Notes: a model not told the origin generated them from the sequence alone. A stretch of 64,000 nucleotides of DNA from Schmidtea polychroa (GCA_044892525.1 CM097887.1:10974001-11038000), one strand, 5' to 3'; shown: positions 1 to 9,748, counted from the stretch's first letter. Translations and numbers: made by a program.

Positions 1-2
1 CA

Positions 3-3000
3 TTGGCTATAATACAAGCTATCAAACACTTCCGATATTTACTATGGGGACATGAGATATGCATAACCACGGATCATCAACCATTAGTGTGGTTAGGGCA
101 ACATAAAGAAGCGTCCAGTAGACTGATGCGATGGGCCATGCAATTGCAAGAATACTCCCCATTTATAAAATTCAAAGCGGGAAGAGCAAATGCCAACGCC
201 GATTGTATGTCAAGATTTATTTTCCCAGATTTGGTGGATTCAGAAATGCAACGCATATGCTTGATAGTAGCGGAAGATTTGGATTTCTGTCAATTACGAA
301 AGGACCAACAAGAGGACGCGGAATTAAAACAAATTATCGATTATGTAAAAACCGGAAAGACAGATGTATATGCGAAAGACCAAAAATTAAAAGAACATAT
401 GGATAAACACCGACACCGATATATTATAGAGAAAGATTGGTTGCTGATAATGGATGGGGAAAAACGATTAATGTGTATACCGGAAAACCGACGAAAAGAG
501 TTACTAACGCAATATCACGATGGGAGATTGGGAGGACATATGTCATCGAAAAAGACGTTAGCAAGAATGAAACAGAAATATTTTTGGCCTACGTTAACTG
601 AAGATGTAACCGAATGGGTAAAAAATTGTCTAACTTGTGCAACCAGGAAGAATACTGGATCGAAATGGAAAGCACCTTTAACGCCAATGCCAGTACCAAT
701 AGAACCAATGACAATGATATCCATGGACGTAGTTGGTCCACTACCAGAGTCAGATAAAGGAAACGTTTACATTCTAGTGATCACAGACTTTCTTACGAAA
801 TTCCCAGAAGCATTCGCGATGCCAGACCAAAAAGCTAAAACAATCGCAAAAATTTTGGTAGAAGAGATATGTTGCCGATATGGAACACCAAAACAAATCT
901 TAACCGATCAGGGGACTAATTTTATGAGTGAGATAATGAGCGAAGTAACAAACTACTTCAAAATAGCAAAACTAAGAACATCTCCATACCACCCTCAAAC
1001 CAATGGGATGACGGAAAGATTTAATGGAACACTTATACAAATGTTATCAAACTACGTTGACCGTCACCAACGAGATTGGGACGAATATATAAACCTATGT
1101 CTTATGGCGTACAGAATGTCGATTCACGCATCAACGAAAATGAGCCCATTCAAATTAATGTACGGAAGAGAATGTAATATGCCAATGGACCTGGAATACC
1201 AACCACCGATATCGCAGTATATGGAGATCGATGATTATGTTACGAAATTCAAGGAAAGAATGCAAGAAATTTGGGAAACTGCGGGATTAAATATCAAGTT
1301 CTACCAGGAAAGTTATAAAGATTTACACGATCGAAAGAAAAACGTGAAGCAACATACGTTCCAAACAGGTGATTGGGTAATGATAGAAACCCCGGAATTA
1401 ATTCCAGGAACCACAAAAAAGTTACAACGCAACGGAAAAGGACCATATGAGATCCTATTCGTAGGCGAAACTAATGTAAGAGTGAAATTGGTAAATAACC
1501 CCTTTACCAGACCAATATACGTAAACGTGGCACGATGCAAATCAATTCCGAAAACAGCCACTAGTCAACCAGAAGGCCGTACATTAACCACACGTTCGCA
1601 AACCTACCGAATGAACATGATGCAACAACTCGCAGAACCGATCACTGGACGATTAGGTATCCAACCATCAGAAGCGGAAAAGATTGTAAAAGAGGTAAAA
1701 ATTAGAATACCTGGATGGGCAAAAGATCGATTAGATTTCGAAATATTAGGAGGATTATTGACGATGATCGAGAACTATGCAAATAGAGAAAGGACACACC
1801 CATTATTGCGAGTAGTCAAAAGCCAATGGCCAATATTATTTACAATAACAGATCATTACGGAGACACACCATTACACAAACTCATGAAAGTAGGTAACAA
1901 CGAGCAAATACTAGAAACAATAGAAGCATTTCACGACTGCAAGCGATCAACAGAACAAACAAACAACCAAGGTTACACACCATTAATGATAGCCGCAAAC
2001 AGAGGCAAAACAAAAGACATTATAACCGCATTACTCGATACCGGATCGAAAATAACTACACAAGACCACGAGCGGAAAAACGCTCTACATCATGCTATCG
2101 AAGGGAGAAGTACCGAGGCGTTCACGTCATTGATGGAACTACTATCATATGAGGACAATCGGGAAGTCGGAAACATGTATGATGGATTATTAACAGCGAC
2201 CAAAGAAAAACTGACAACAATTACCGGAATATTAATTACATGGAGAAATCCAATTCAAAACGATTATATGATCAACGTAAACGAAGCGTTCACGAGAGGA
2301 GAGAACACGCTGATGAGAGAAGCTATGAAAGGACATCATTTATTCGAAATCCCGAATCAATTACTAGAACGAGGGATAAAATTCACAAATCACAAAGACG
2401 AACAGTTAACAAAAAAGCGAATCGACACATTCGAAAAATCACTATTCCAATTTACTAACCAAGTACGAAATAAATATTGGGAAACGGTAAGTGTGTTACA
2501 TATGATGGACACAATGAATAACATCCGCGAGAATTACATGGATATTATCCAAATACTTACAGCAGAGGAACGAATCAATAATCCAAACGGAAAGAAAACG
2601 AAAATAAGGTATGAGAAATCCAGGGAATCAAAGTCAACAACGAACCAAACGGTCACAAACAACGTCATCGAAACCAAATCAATGAGTATAGATCAAGAGG
2701 CAATAATACGCAAAGCAAAAGAAGTGTTCTTTGAGGAAATGTTAGAGCTGCCAGACGAAATAATATTGTCCAAAATAATAAAAGCCGTACACACATACGC
2801 AAGAGATCAAACCACGGGTTTAGATATCGGGAAAATCAAAACCTTCTTGCCTCGAGCATTTACGATGGTAACAAAGGATTCCAGAACACCTCTACAACAG
2901 GCAATACTAGCTGCAAAAGAGAATAGAGCAATAACGATCATGAGAATCCTTGGGGAGATGGGCGAGGAAACCAACACGAAAAATGAACAAGGTGAAACCG

Positions 3001-4829
3001 CCATGATGTATGCAGCTATAACGAAAATACACCCAAAAACACTCCACATCCTACATCAATCAGGATCGAAACTAGACGAAAAGTCCAATGAAGGAAATTC
3101 CACCTTGGACTGGGCAACCATACAGCCAAACTTAGAAATGATCAGATTTATTTGCAAAAATGCGACAAAAGAAGAAGTTGAAAATATGTGCAAAAACACA
3201 TCTCAGTTTCAATGGAATACGGTACGGAAAAATCTAGAAGCAATGAAATTATTATTAACCTGGAGAGTACCACAAAATAATAAATATGCGATAAATGTAA
3301 ACGAATTCTACGAAAACGGAGAAAATGCGATGGTAAAGAATACCCTAACTAAGGGGGGGACGCCTAAAATAATTTTAATAGTATTAAATAGAGAAGACCT
3401 AAAATTCACGCAAAATCAGAACGAGCAACAACGAATTGGGAAACATCGTCGTATGCAATTGAGAGAGTTAGTTAAAGAATGGAATAGAAAGAGGCATGCT
3501 GCAACGGGCAGGAAGGAGTTTGAATTCGAAGCAAAATTAGCAAGAAACAGAGTGCTAACAGCATATCGCAGATTATTGAACGATATAAATGTCGAGGACG
3601 ACATTTTAAACGACAGCGGGGGAGATAAACACGATGACAATAACGGAAAAGGCCGAAAGGAGGATAAAGAGAAAAGAGAACCGGAGGAGGGTAAACCGGA
3701 AAACAAGGATTCGGATACGAAAAGAGAGGGAAACAGCCCGGGAACTAAGACCAAAGAGGAGGAAAAATCGAATAATGGAAAACAGAGGGTATGCCTACCT
3801 TTCACTAACAAAGAAATAGAGACAAATATGATATTAATGATAATTATGCTTACCATGATAGAGTTAGTAACAGCTCATGGAGGGACGAGGACGATAAAAG
3901 AAACCAAAGAAGCGGAGAATCAAGATAGCAAAGAGGACGAACTAAAACAAGAAAAGAAAAAGCAAGCACAAGAGCAGCAGTGGGATTTAAAGGAAGAATG
4001 GGACTTAAAGGAAAGGTGCATACTAGGAAGATGCATGTCTAGAGCGTATCAGAAACTAGTACTGATAAATGAGGACACAGAACCAATAACAGAAGTAAGA
4101 ATACAAGAAGCATACCGAAACCGAGACGGGAAAAGAATAACGAACGTTAAAGGAAAAGAGGTACACCTAGGAAAAGGTGGCGAAGTAGTAATAACGCAGC
4201 TCCAACCAAGAAAAGAGCACAAAGTCTGTATTTCAAGATTGGGACCGGGTGAGAGATGCCATCAATATGTGACGCAGCAGCAGCCCCCGAAGGAATATAC
4301 GGTTTGTATCTGGAGAAACGAATCAAAAAGAGAATGCCGACGATACCCGGGGAAAAGAGGAAAGAAAAGGAAAAACCACGACGAAAAGGACGAAGGAGGA
4401 AAGCACAAGAAAACCGGCGAGGAAGCTCAGGACAACTATGTTTCGGAGGAAGAGATGGAAAAAATACAAAAGATGGCAAAGGAGGGTATGAACGAGGAAA
4501 TAGCAAGAATACGGGAAATGATGAAAGGAAATGGCAAAAGAGGGAACGAGAAAAGTACAGAAGCAATATCAACATTAACAAACCAGGAAAAACCAGAGAG
4601 TATAAGCGTGAAGCAGATGATGTGGATCAGTGGGATAATAATAACAGGGGCATTCCTAATCATAACGGGGGGAACAATAAAAATAATTAAGGATAAACGA
4701 CATCGCGGAGAACTAGAGATGACTCGAATCAGAAATTTCCAACATCGAGTGAAACGACCAAGTGATATCAAACAAGAACAGTGGGTGGAGGCCTGGAACG
4801 CTCAGCGCCCTCCAAACTCACGTATATAG
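3..4829 (+). CDS. Partial Pol polyprotein: RNase H C-terminus, integrase (HHCC, DDE, GPY), two ankyrin-repeat modules and a type-I membrane-like tail in one open frame
   Basis: TDHQPL (RNaseH); YHDGRLGGH...CLTC zinc finger; SMDVVGP / LTDQG / TERFNGT catalytic motifs; GPY at ~1440; ankyrin-like GDTPLH, GYTPLMIAA, NALHHA (~1850-2110) and RTPLQQA, GETAMMYAA, GNSTLDWA (~2880-3120); hydrophobic MILMIIMLTMIELVTA (~3828-3875) and MMWISGIIITGAFLIITGGTI (~4617-4680). Confidence 0.9.
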   Translation: MAIIQAIKHFRYLLWGHEICITTDHQPLVWLGQHKEASSRLMRWAMQLQEYSPFIKFKAGRANANADCMSRFIFPDLVDSEMQRICLIVAEDLDFCQLRKDQQEDAELKQIIDYVKTGKTDVYAKDQKLKEHMDKHRHRYIIEKDWLLIMDGEKRLMCIPENRRKELLTQYHDGRLGGHMSSKKTLARMKQKYFWPTLTEDVTEWVKNCLTCATRKNTGSKWKAPLTPMPVPIEPMTMISMDVVGPLPESDKGNVYILVITDFLTKFPEAFAMPDQKAKTIAKILVEEICCRYGTPKQILTDQGTNFMSEIMSEVTNYFKIAKLRTSPYHPQTNGMTERFNGTLIQMLSNYVDRHQRDWDEYINLCLMAYRMSIHASTKMSPFKLMYGRECNMPMDLEYQPPISQYMEIDDYVTKFKERMQEIWETAGLNIKFYQESYKDLHDRKKNVKQHTFQTGDWVMIETPELIPGTTKKLQRNGKGPYEILFVGETNVRVKLVNNPFTRPIYVNVARCKSIPKTATSQPEGRTLTTRSQTYRMNMMQQLAEPITGRLGIQPSEAEKIVKEVKIRIPGWAKDRLDFEILGGLLTMIENYANRERTHPLLRVVKSQWPILFTITDHYGDTPLHKLMKVGNNEQILETIEAFHDCKRSTEQTNNQGYTPLMIAANRGKTKDIITALLDTGSKITTQDHERKNALHHAIEGRSTEAFTSLMELLSYEDNREVGNMYDGLLTATKEKLTTITGILITWRNPIQNDYMINVNEAFTRGENTLMREAMKGHHLFEIPNQLLERGIKFTNHKDEQLTKKRIDTFEKSLFQFTNQVRNKYWETVSVLHMMDTMNNIRENYMDIIQILTAEERINNPNGKKTKIRYEKSRESKSTTNQTVTNNVIETKSMSIDQEAIIRKAKEVFFEEMLELPDEIILSKIIKAVHTYARDQTTGLDIGKIKTFLPRAFTMVTKDSRTPLQQAILAAKENRAITIMRILGEMGEETNTKNEQGETAMMYAAITKIHPKTLHILHQSGSKLDEKSNEGNSTLDWATIQPNLEMIRFICKNATKEEVENMCKNTSQFQWNTVRKNLEAMKLLLTWRVPQNNKYAINVNEFYENGENAMVKNTLTKGGTPKIILIVLNREDLKFTQNQNEQQRIGKHRRMQLRELVKEWNRKRHAATGRKEFEFEAKLARNRVLTAYRRLLNDINVEDDILNDSGGDKHDDNNGKGRKEDKEKREPEEGKPENKDSDTKREGNSPGTKTKEEEKSNNGKQRVCLPFTNKEIETNMILMIIMLTMIELVTAHGGTRTIKETKEAENQDSKEDELKQEKKKQAQEQQWDLKEEWDLKERCILGRCMSRAYQKLVLINEDTEPITEVRIQEAYRNRDGKRITNVKGKEVHLGKGGEVVITQLQPRKEHKVCISRLGPGERCHQYVTQQQPPKEYTVCIWRNESKRECRRYPGKRGKKRKNHDEKDEGGKHKKTGEEAQDNYVSEEEMEKIQKMAKEGMNEEIARIREMMKGNGKRGNEKSTEAISTLTNQEKPESISVKQMMWISGIIITGAFLIITGGTIKIIKDKRHRGELEMTRIRNFQHRVKRPSDIKQEQWVEAWNAQRPPNSRI

Positions 4830-4989
4830 AAAGGAATATGACTGTATATAATTGTAAAAAGTAAGTATATCTTATGTATATAACAGTATTATATCTTTAT
4901 ATAAGCGCGGTATCAATATTATACAATAACGGGAATCATAAAATAAAATTAAATTTACATAAGAGTTGAAAAGAGTATATAAATTAGGA

Positions 4990-5349
4990 ATGGATCAAGG
5001 AAATAACGAAATGAACCACAATACAGTAACTGAAGAATTATGGAAGCAACAATGTGCCGTATTAGCACAATTAGTGTCCAATTTGCAAGAACAAGGACTG
5101 ACGATGCACAGAAACCTGATCGAGAGTATGAACAGAGGATTTAGTTATTTGAAGATAATTGAAGACCAGAGGTTAAAAATCGAACAAATGCAAAGAGAGA
5201 TAGAGAGGATAACCCAATATAGCCGTCGACAGGAAATTGAAATAGACAGAATGATGGAGGAAGCAGAACAGACAGAAATAGAAGACTGGTCGGAATGGCT
5301 AATGAATAGAGAGGAAAGCGGACACGAAGCCGACTCTTCCGAACCCTAA
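4990..5349 (+). CDS. Small coiled-coil protein, cargo ORF1 of element A
   Basis: Open frame 4966..5349; first ATG at 4990; heptad-like E/Q/L/I-rich central part and acidic C-terminus. Confidence 0.6.
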   Translation: MDQGNNEMNHNTVTEELWKQQCAVLAQLVSNLQEQGLTMHRNLIESMNRGFSYLKIIEDQRLKIEQMQREIERITQYSRRQEIEIDRMMEEAEQTEIEDWSEWLMNREESGHEADSSEP

Positions 5350-5434
5350 ACCAAACCTAGCTCAAAATGTAAATAATTGTAAATAAAATATCGAACCTGT
5401 ATCGATAAGAACTATTTGTACATATAATTATAGA

Positions 5435-6823
5435 ATGGATAAACGACAAAGAGAAGAGTTCAGAGAGATTGTCGAGCAAGTCCGAAAATCTACAACGATC
5501 AGAATACACAAACATGTTATGTGCGGAATATGTGAAAAGTTGTTAAAGGAACCTCACCAAACGCAATGTGGATGCAGAGTATGTAAAGAATGTATCAGTG
5601 AAGCAATAAAGAATAGACCACAAAGGTGCCCGGTGTGTAAAGAGACACTAATATCGAGTTTAGAAGACACTAACGAGGATAAAGCCGCAGTGAAAGACAT
5701 GTTAAACACCAACCTGGGATGCAAAAATGCCCCATGCGAATGGAAAGGAGTAATATGGAAGGTAGTACAACATATGGGAGAATGTATGTACAGAATTGGC
5801 CAGTGTGAAAGGTGCCATAAAACCATTCGAGCAAGCGAAGAAAAAGAGCATCAAAGGCAGTGTGAGGAGAGATTGGAAAGATGTGAACACTGTGGAGAAA
5901 TAGATACGTGGATAAATCTCACCCTCAAACATCACAATGTCCAAGAGGAGAGAGTATGTGCGGAGTTCAGTGGGGAATGCCCAAACGGATGTAACCAAGG
6001 GGAAACAATGAAGGTGGCACAGCATCTAAGGGAATGCGAAAAGAAAAGAATGACATGTGTACTAGGTAGATGGGGTTGTCAGAAATTACTACACCGAGGT
6101 GAGTTACCACATCATTTAGTAGAAAATGCTTCAACTCACGCAGAAATGTGGTCGACTGCGTTACAAGAAAGCGAAGAGAAAGTAAAACAAATGGAGATAG
6201 AGATAACATCGTTGAAAGTGTTAGTCAAAGAACTACTAGAAGAAAGGAAAGCGTTCGAAGAAGCCCGAGCAAACATAAAGATGCAAATAAACCGAACAGA
6301 AATTAGTAATAATCAGGCCAAGGAGCTACATCAGAAAATACGGGAAATAAATCTAAATGAGATAACCCCAACAGCACCCTACATATGGAAAATAACGGGA
6401 GTAAAAGAAAGAATACGAAAAGCAAAAACCGGAGAAGAGACAAGAATAACAAGTCCTACATTCCATTCTTGGAAAAATGGGTACAAAATGAAAATGAAGA
6501 TATATCCCAACGGGGACGGAACCGGATTAGATACGCACTTTTCGATTTTCTTTCTGTTATGTAAAGGAGAATACGACGAAATATTAGAATGGCCGTTCCA
6601 GGCAAAAATCGATATTACTCTGATGAGCAACCAAAGTATACATGAGCAAAGCTTCAAAACAACGGGGAATCAAATAGCTTACCAGAGGCCCCTCAACGAA
6701 GAAGGATCAGCAACAGGAGCACCTACGTTCATCTCACAACAAAGAGTAGAAGATATGGCGAGAAATGATACCATATATATCAAGATGACCGTGAGGAAAG
6801 AGGAGAAGGGTAGAACGGAATAA
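5435..6823 (+). CDS. TRAF: Intronless TNF receptor-associated factor (TRAF2/3/5-like): RING, TRAF zinc fingers, coiled coil, MATH domain; cargo ORF2 of element A
   Basis: CGIC-x11-CGCRVC..C-x10-CPVC RING; C-x3-C...H..C zinc fingers (CKNAPCEWKG...HMGEC); MATH motifs YIWKI, SPTF...GYKM...YPNGDGTG..THFSIFF...GEYDEILEWPF..K, DTIYIK. The specific paralog cannot be assigned by eye. Confidence 0.95.
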   Translation: MDKRQREEFREIVEQVRKSTTIRIHKHVMCGICEKLLKEPHQTQCGCRVCKECISEAIKNRPQRCPVCKETLISSLEDTNEDKAAVKDMLNTNLGCKNAPCEWKGVIWKVVQHMGECMYRIGQCERCHKTIRASEEKEHQRQCEERLERCEHCGEIDTWINLTLKHHNVQEERVCAEFSGECPNGCNQGETMKVAQHLRECEKKRMTCVLGRWGCQKLLHRGELPHHLVENASTHAEMWSTALQESEEKVKQMEIEITSLKVLVKELLEERKAFEEARANIKMQINRTEISNNQAKELHQKIREINLNEITPTAPYIWKITGVKERIRKAKTGEETRITSPTFHSWKNGYKMKMKIYPNGDGTGLDTHFSIFFLLCKGEYDEILEWPFQAKIDITLMSNQSIHEQSFKTTGNQIAYQRPLNEEGSATGAPTFISQQRVEDMARNDTIYIKMTVRKEEKGRTE

Positions 6824-7016
6824 CCAATCGAATAATGTTGTATATAATAATCTGTATATATCGGTGTATATAACTAATAAAATATTATATAATAATAGTA
6901 TGAAAACCCTAAATACGAAAACCCAAAAATGATGCGAAAATTTCCCAAGAAACAGTAAATAATGAATAAATTCCTTTTTCATAATAAAAAGATTAATCGA
7001 TGTCTATGATTTAGAG

Positions 7017-8072
7017 ATGACACAAGAGAAAATAACCGAAACTGCGATAGACCCAACCAATGTCAACAAGACACAAATTCCCCGAGAACATAACAAAAAA
7101 TGGAACAAAGTAATGTTCCAACTAACTAATCTCACCCGAAATCACATCGAAGAAACTAGAGAAGATGAGAATAGTCAATACCAATGGTTAATACACAACT
7201 TAAGAGCGGAAGCAGAAGCATGCAAAAGAGCATCAAAATGGGCGTCACTAGAAAATACCCGCCAAGAAGCACACAGACACTACTTAAAGCAGCTAGTGCA
7301 GGAAGCGAGAAAGAGACTTACCGATGAGAACACCAAGCGCGAAGCGGAAAAGCAAATAGAAGACAGGAAAATGATGCACTTAGTGGCAGAAGCGAGAAAA
7401 TGGAAAAGACAAAACAGAGAAATGAAAAAAGAGATGAAAGAATTGCCCATGAGACTCGGATACGAAAGCGAACAAGGTAAATGGGAGGAGAATTTAATAA
7501 TAAAGGAAGAATTGAAAAGGTTGAGAAAGGTCGCCGCCCGAAGCCAAACCTGGCAAACAAAGGCTATGGAGTTTGAGCGACATTTGGCAATGAAGTGCGA
7601 CATAAGAGAGCACGAGAATGCCGCAATGGAAGAGATGATAACCCAACAAGCGGGACGGGTTGTGGAATTAGTAAATCAGGTAGAAGAGATGAAAAGAGAC
7701 CTTAATGGATTACAAGGATCGCTGGAACAAAGAAACATGGTCCTAGCGGGAAAAAACAGAAAATTAGAAAACGAAAGGAAAATGTACACCGAAAATATTA
7801 AAAACTTAGAAATAGAAATTGAAAAATGGAAGGGCGACGAGAAAATCAAAGCCCTAGACAAACAGATAGAGGCGAAAGATGAAGAGACAAGGTATCTCAC
7901 CTATCTGCTCGACGAGGAATTGAATATCACTCGAGCTCTAAGAGACGAAGTTAGTGAATTGAGAGCTCAAATTCCCCAATATTACCTACCATACGACCCT
8001 ATTGCGATACAGTTACATTCCGCGGTCGATAGTGATGAAGGTTATGTAGGCCAGGAGGAAACCTTCGTATGA
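7017..8072 (+). CDS. Long coiled-coil protein, cargo ORF3 of element A
   Basis: 351-aa uninterrupted ORF, E/K/R/L-rich heptad pattern, acidic C-terminal tail; no recognisable family. Confidence 0.7.
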   Translation: MTQEKITETAIDPTNVNKTQIPREHNKKWNKVMFQLTNLTRNHIEETREDENSQYQWLIHNLRAEAEACKRASKWASLENTRQEAHRHYLKQLVQEARKRLTDENTKREAEKQIEDRKMMHLVAEARKWKRQNREMKKEMKELPMRLGYESEQGKWEENLIIKEELKRLRKVAARSQTWQTKAMEFERHLAMKCDIREHENAAMEEMITQQAGRVVELVNQVEEMKRDLNGLQGSLEQRNMVLAGKNRKLENERKMYTENIKNLEIEIEKWKGDEKIKALDKQIEAKDEETRYLTYLLDEELNITRALRDEVSELRAQIPQYYLPYDPIAIQLHSAVDSDEGYVGQEETFV

Positions 8073-8240
8073 GGGTGGATGAAAAGATGAAAAACTAAAA
8101 ACCGGGACGTATATCCCAAACAAAAAAATTAAAGTATTGTAAAAGTATTCAAGGGACTGTAACCCAAACTATTAAATTTTATATCAATGTATACGTATAA
8201 GTCGCACTATAGCGCACCATTAACTGTACATATTATAGAT

Positions 8241-8939
8241 ATGAAAATCGAGGAAATGATAGAAATTATGAGCGACGTAGAAGAGGGAGAGATTGAGGCA
8301 GAAACAACAGAAACACAAACGCTAAAGGCCGAGTTACGGGAAGAGAAATACGAAAACGGGAGATTAATAAACAAATACCTGGAGGACCGGAAAATGATAA
8401 AGGTGTTAAAGAAAGAGTGCGAAGCGTTGGGGGAAATAAAAAGAGAAACGGAAGAGGAAAATGAATGGCTACACGAACAAAGGAAGCGAGGGAAAAACTG
8501 GGAAAAGATAGCGGAAGAGCTATGGAAAGAGAGGGCAAGCTTCAAAGCAAAGGAGGTAATCCAAGACTACTGGAAAACTGAGGCGAAGGAGCGCCAAACA
8601 GCTATAAATAAATTAAAACGACAACTAGAAGAAAACCAACGGGAAAGTAAAGAAATGAGGAAGTGGGTCCGCAAATATAGAGAAATAGAAAGAAAACATC
8701 AACAACAAAATTACCTGCAAGAAAACGAACAAGATCTCCTACAAATCGAGCTAAAAAGAAACCTTGAAAAGAAAAGGGAAGAAATTAGACGCTTGGAAAA
8801 AGAAATTAGACATCTAAAGAGAGAAGCCCGTGAAAAAGACCGACAATTGGAAATGCTGCCCGAGTTAAGACACAGGGTAATTAAAGCAGAGTCCACCTTG
8901 ATGAGAATCGGCGAAAATAATCCAAATCAGAACCATTAA
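8241..8939 (+). CDS. Coiled-coil protein, cargo ORF4 of element A
   Basis: Open frame 8187..8939; ATG at 8241 preferred because it follows a TAG acceptor-like motif and the charged helical composition starts there. Confidence 0.65.
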   Translation: MKIEEMIEIMSDVEEGEIEAETTETQTLKAELREEKYENGRLINKYLEDRKMIKVLKKECEALGEIKRETEEENEWLHEQRKRGKNWEKIAEELWKERASFKAKEVIQDYWKTEAKERQTAINKLKRQLEENQRESKEMRKWVRKYREIERKHQQQNYLQENEQDLLQIELKRNLEKKREEIRRLEKEIRHLKREAREKDRQLEMLPELRHRVIKAESTLMRIGENNPNQNH

Positions 8940-8994
8940 ATTAAGGGTCATTAAAACCAATTGTAAATAAACATAATGAATGTATAATAGTATC

Positions 8995-9636
8995 ATGCGA
9001 GGCGAGATGATGATAACAATGATGGTATTGATGATTCTGATGGAGAGCAAACAAATAGACGCCCAACCGAAAATCGTACGAGATTACCGAAATCAAAATC
9101 AAGAACCTAAACAAGAATCCAGTCAATGCACATACCCGATGACCGTAAAAACCCATATCATCCAAACCATTCAATCAACCCGATCACACATCAACAACAT
9201 CCAAACAATGTGTAAAAAGAATCCCATTTGTAAAATGATAAACAAACAAATCCTCGAACAAATTCAACAATTCGACCAGTTGGAACAACAAATGCAACAA
9301 GAGAATTTTGGAAATCTGGTAGAAAAGCCAAAAATACCTCCCGAAATCAATGACACCCATTATCTCATATATGTGGTGATCGCAGAAACCCTCCTCCTAT
9401 GTCTACCAATATTCATGAAAATTTACGAAGTTCGAAATAGATGTAGAGTCTCGACATCAATAAGAGTAACCTCGAACCAAAATCCTCAAGAAGTGCCCCT
9501 GACAAATCTTAACCGACCTCGAACCCCGAGTAATCAACCAATCCAGCCGAAATCTAATAGTCAGACCTATCTCAACATCAATACCCAAACCAACCAACAG
9601 CCGCCAGCAGAAGCATCAATGGTTAACAGTTCATAA
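8995..9636 (+). CDS. Predicted small type-I membrane protein, cargo ORF5 of element A
   Basis: Signal-like MMITMMVLMILMESKQIDA; Q-rich ectodomain with three Cys; TM-like YLIYVVIAETLLLCLPIFM; P/Q/N/S-rich tail. Confidence 0.6.
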   Translation: MRGEMMITMMVLMILMESKQIDAQPKIVRDYRNQNQEPKQESSQCTYPMTVKTHIIQTIQSTRSHINNIQTMCKKNPICKMINKQILEQIQQFDQLEQQMQQENFGNLVEKPKIPPEINDTHYLIYVVIAETLLLCLPIFMKIYEVRNRCRVSTSIRVTSNQNPQEVPLTNLNRPRTPSNQPIQPKSNSQTYLNINTQTNQQPPAEASMVNSS

Positions 9637-9742
9637 ACTCTAATTCAAACATTTGTGTTATTATATGTGGAAACTTTTATTGTATGTACAAACTATCACC
9701 TTAAGTGATACTTGCTTGGTCTTGCTTTGACCTTGATCTTAC

Positions 9743-9748
9743 AATAAA
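9743..9748 (+). terminator. Candidate polyadenylation signal after the cargo cassette
   Basis: AATAAA about 105 nt after the last stop codon, followed by a GT/T-rich tract (tttttatcattgttgtataattttccgtgttcgtgtt). Confidence 0.45.

Noticed and set aside
8010-8060. DSDEGY in ORF3 as an IkB-like beta-TrCP degron
   Set aside because: Does not fit DSGxxS/DEGxxS spacing (no downstream Ser/acidic residue at the right position).
131-9174. Many short overlapping or antisense ORFs within element A (e.g. 3416-3856, 4147-4581, 7280-7603)
   Set aside because: F/S/L-rich shadows of the A-rich sense strand; no motifs; they overlap well-supported ORFs.
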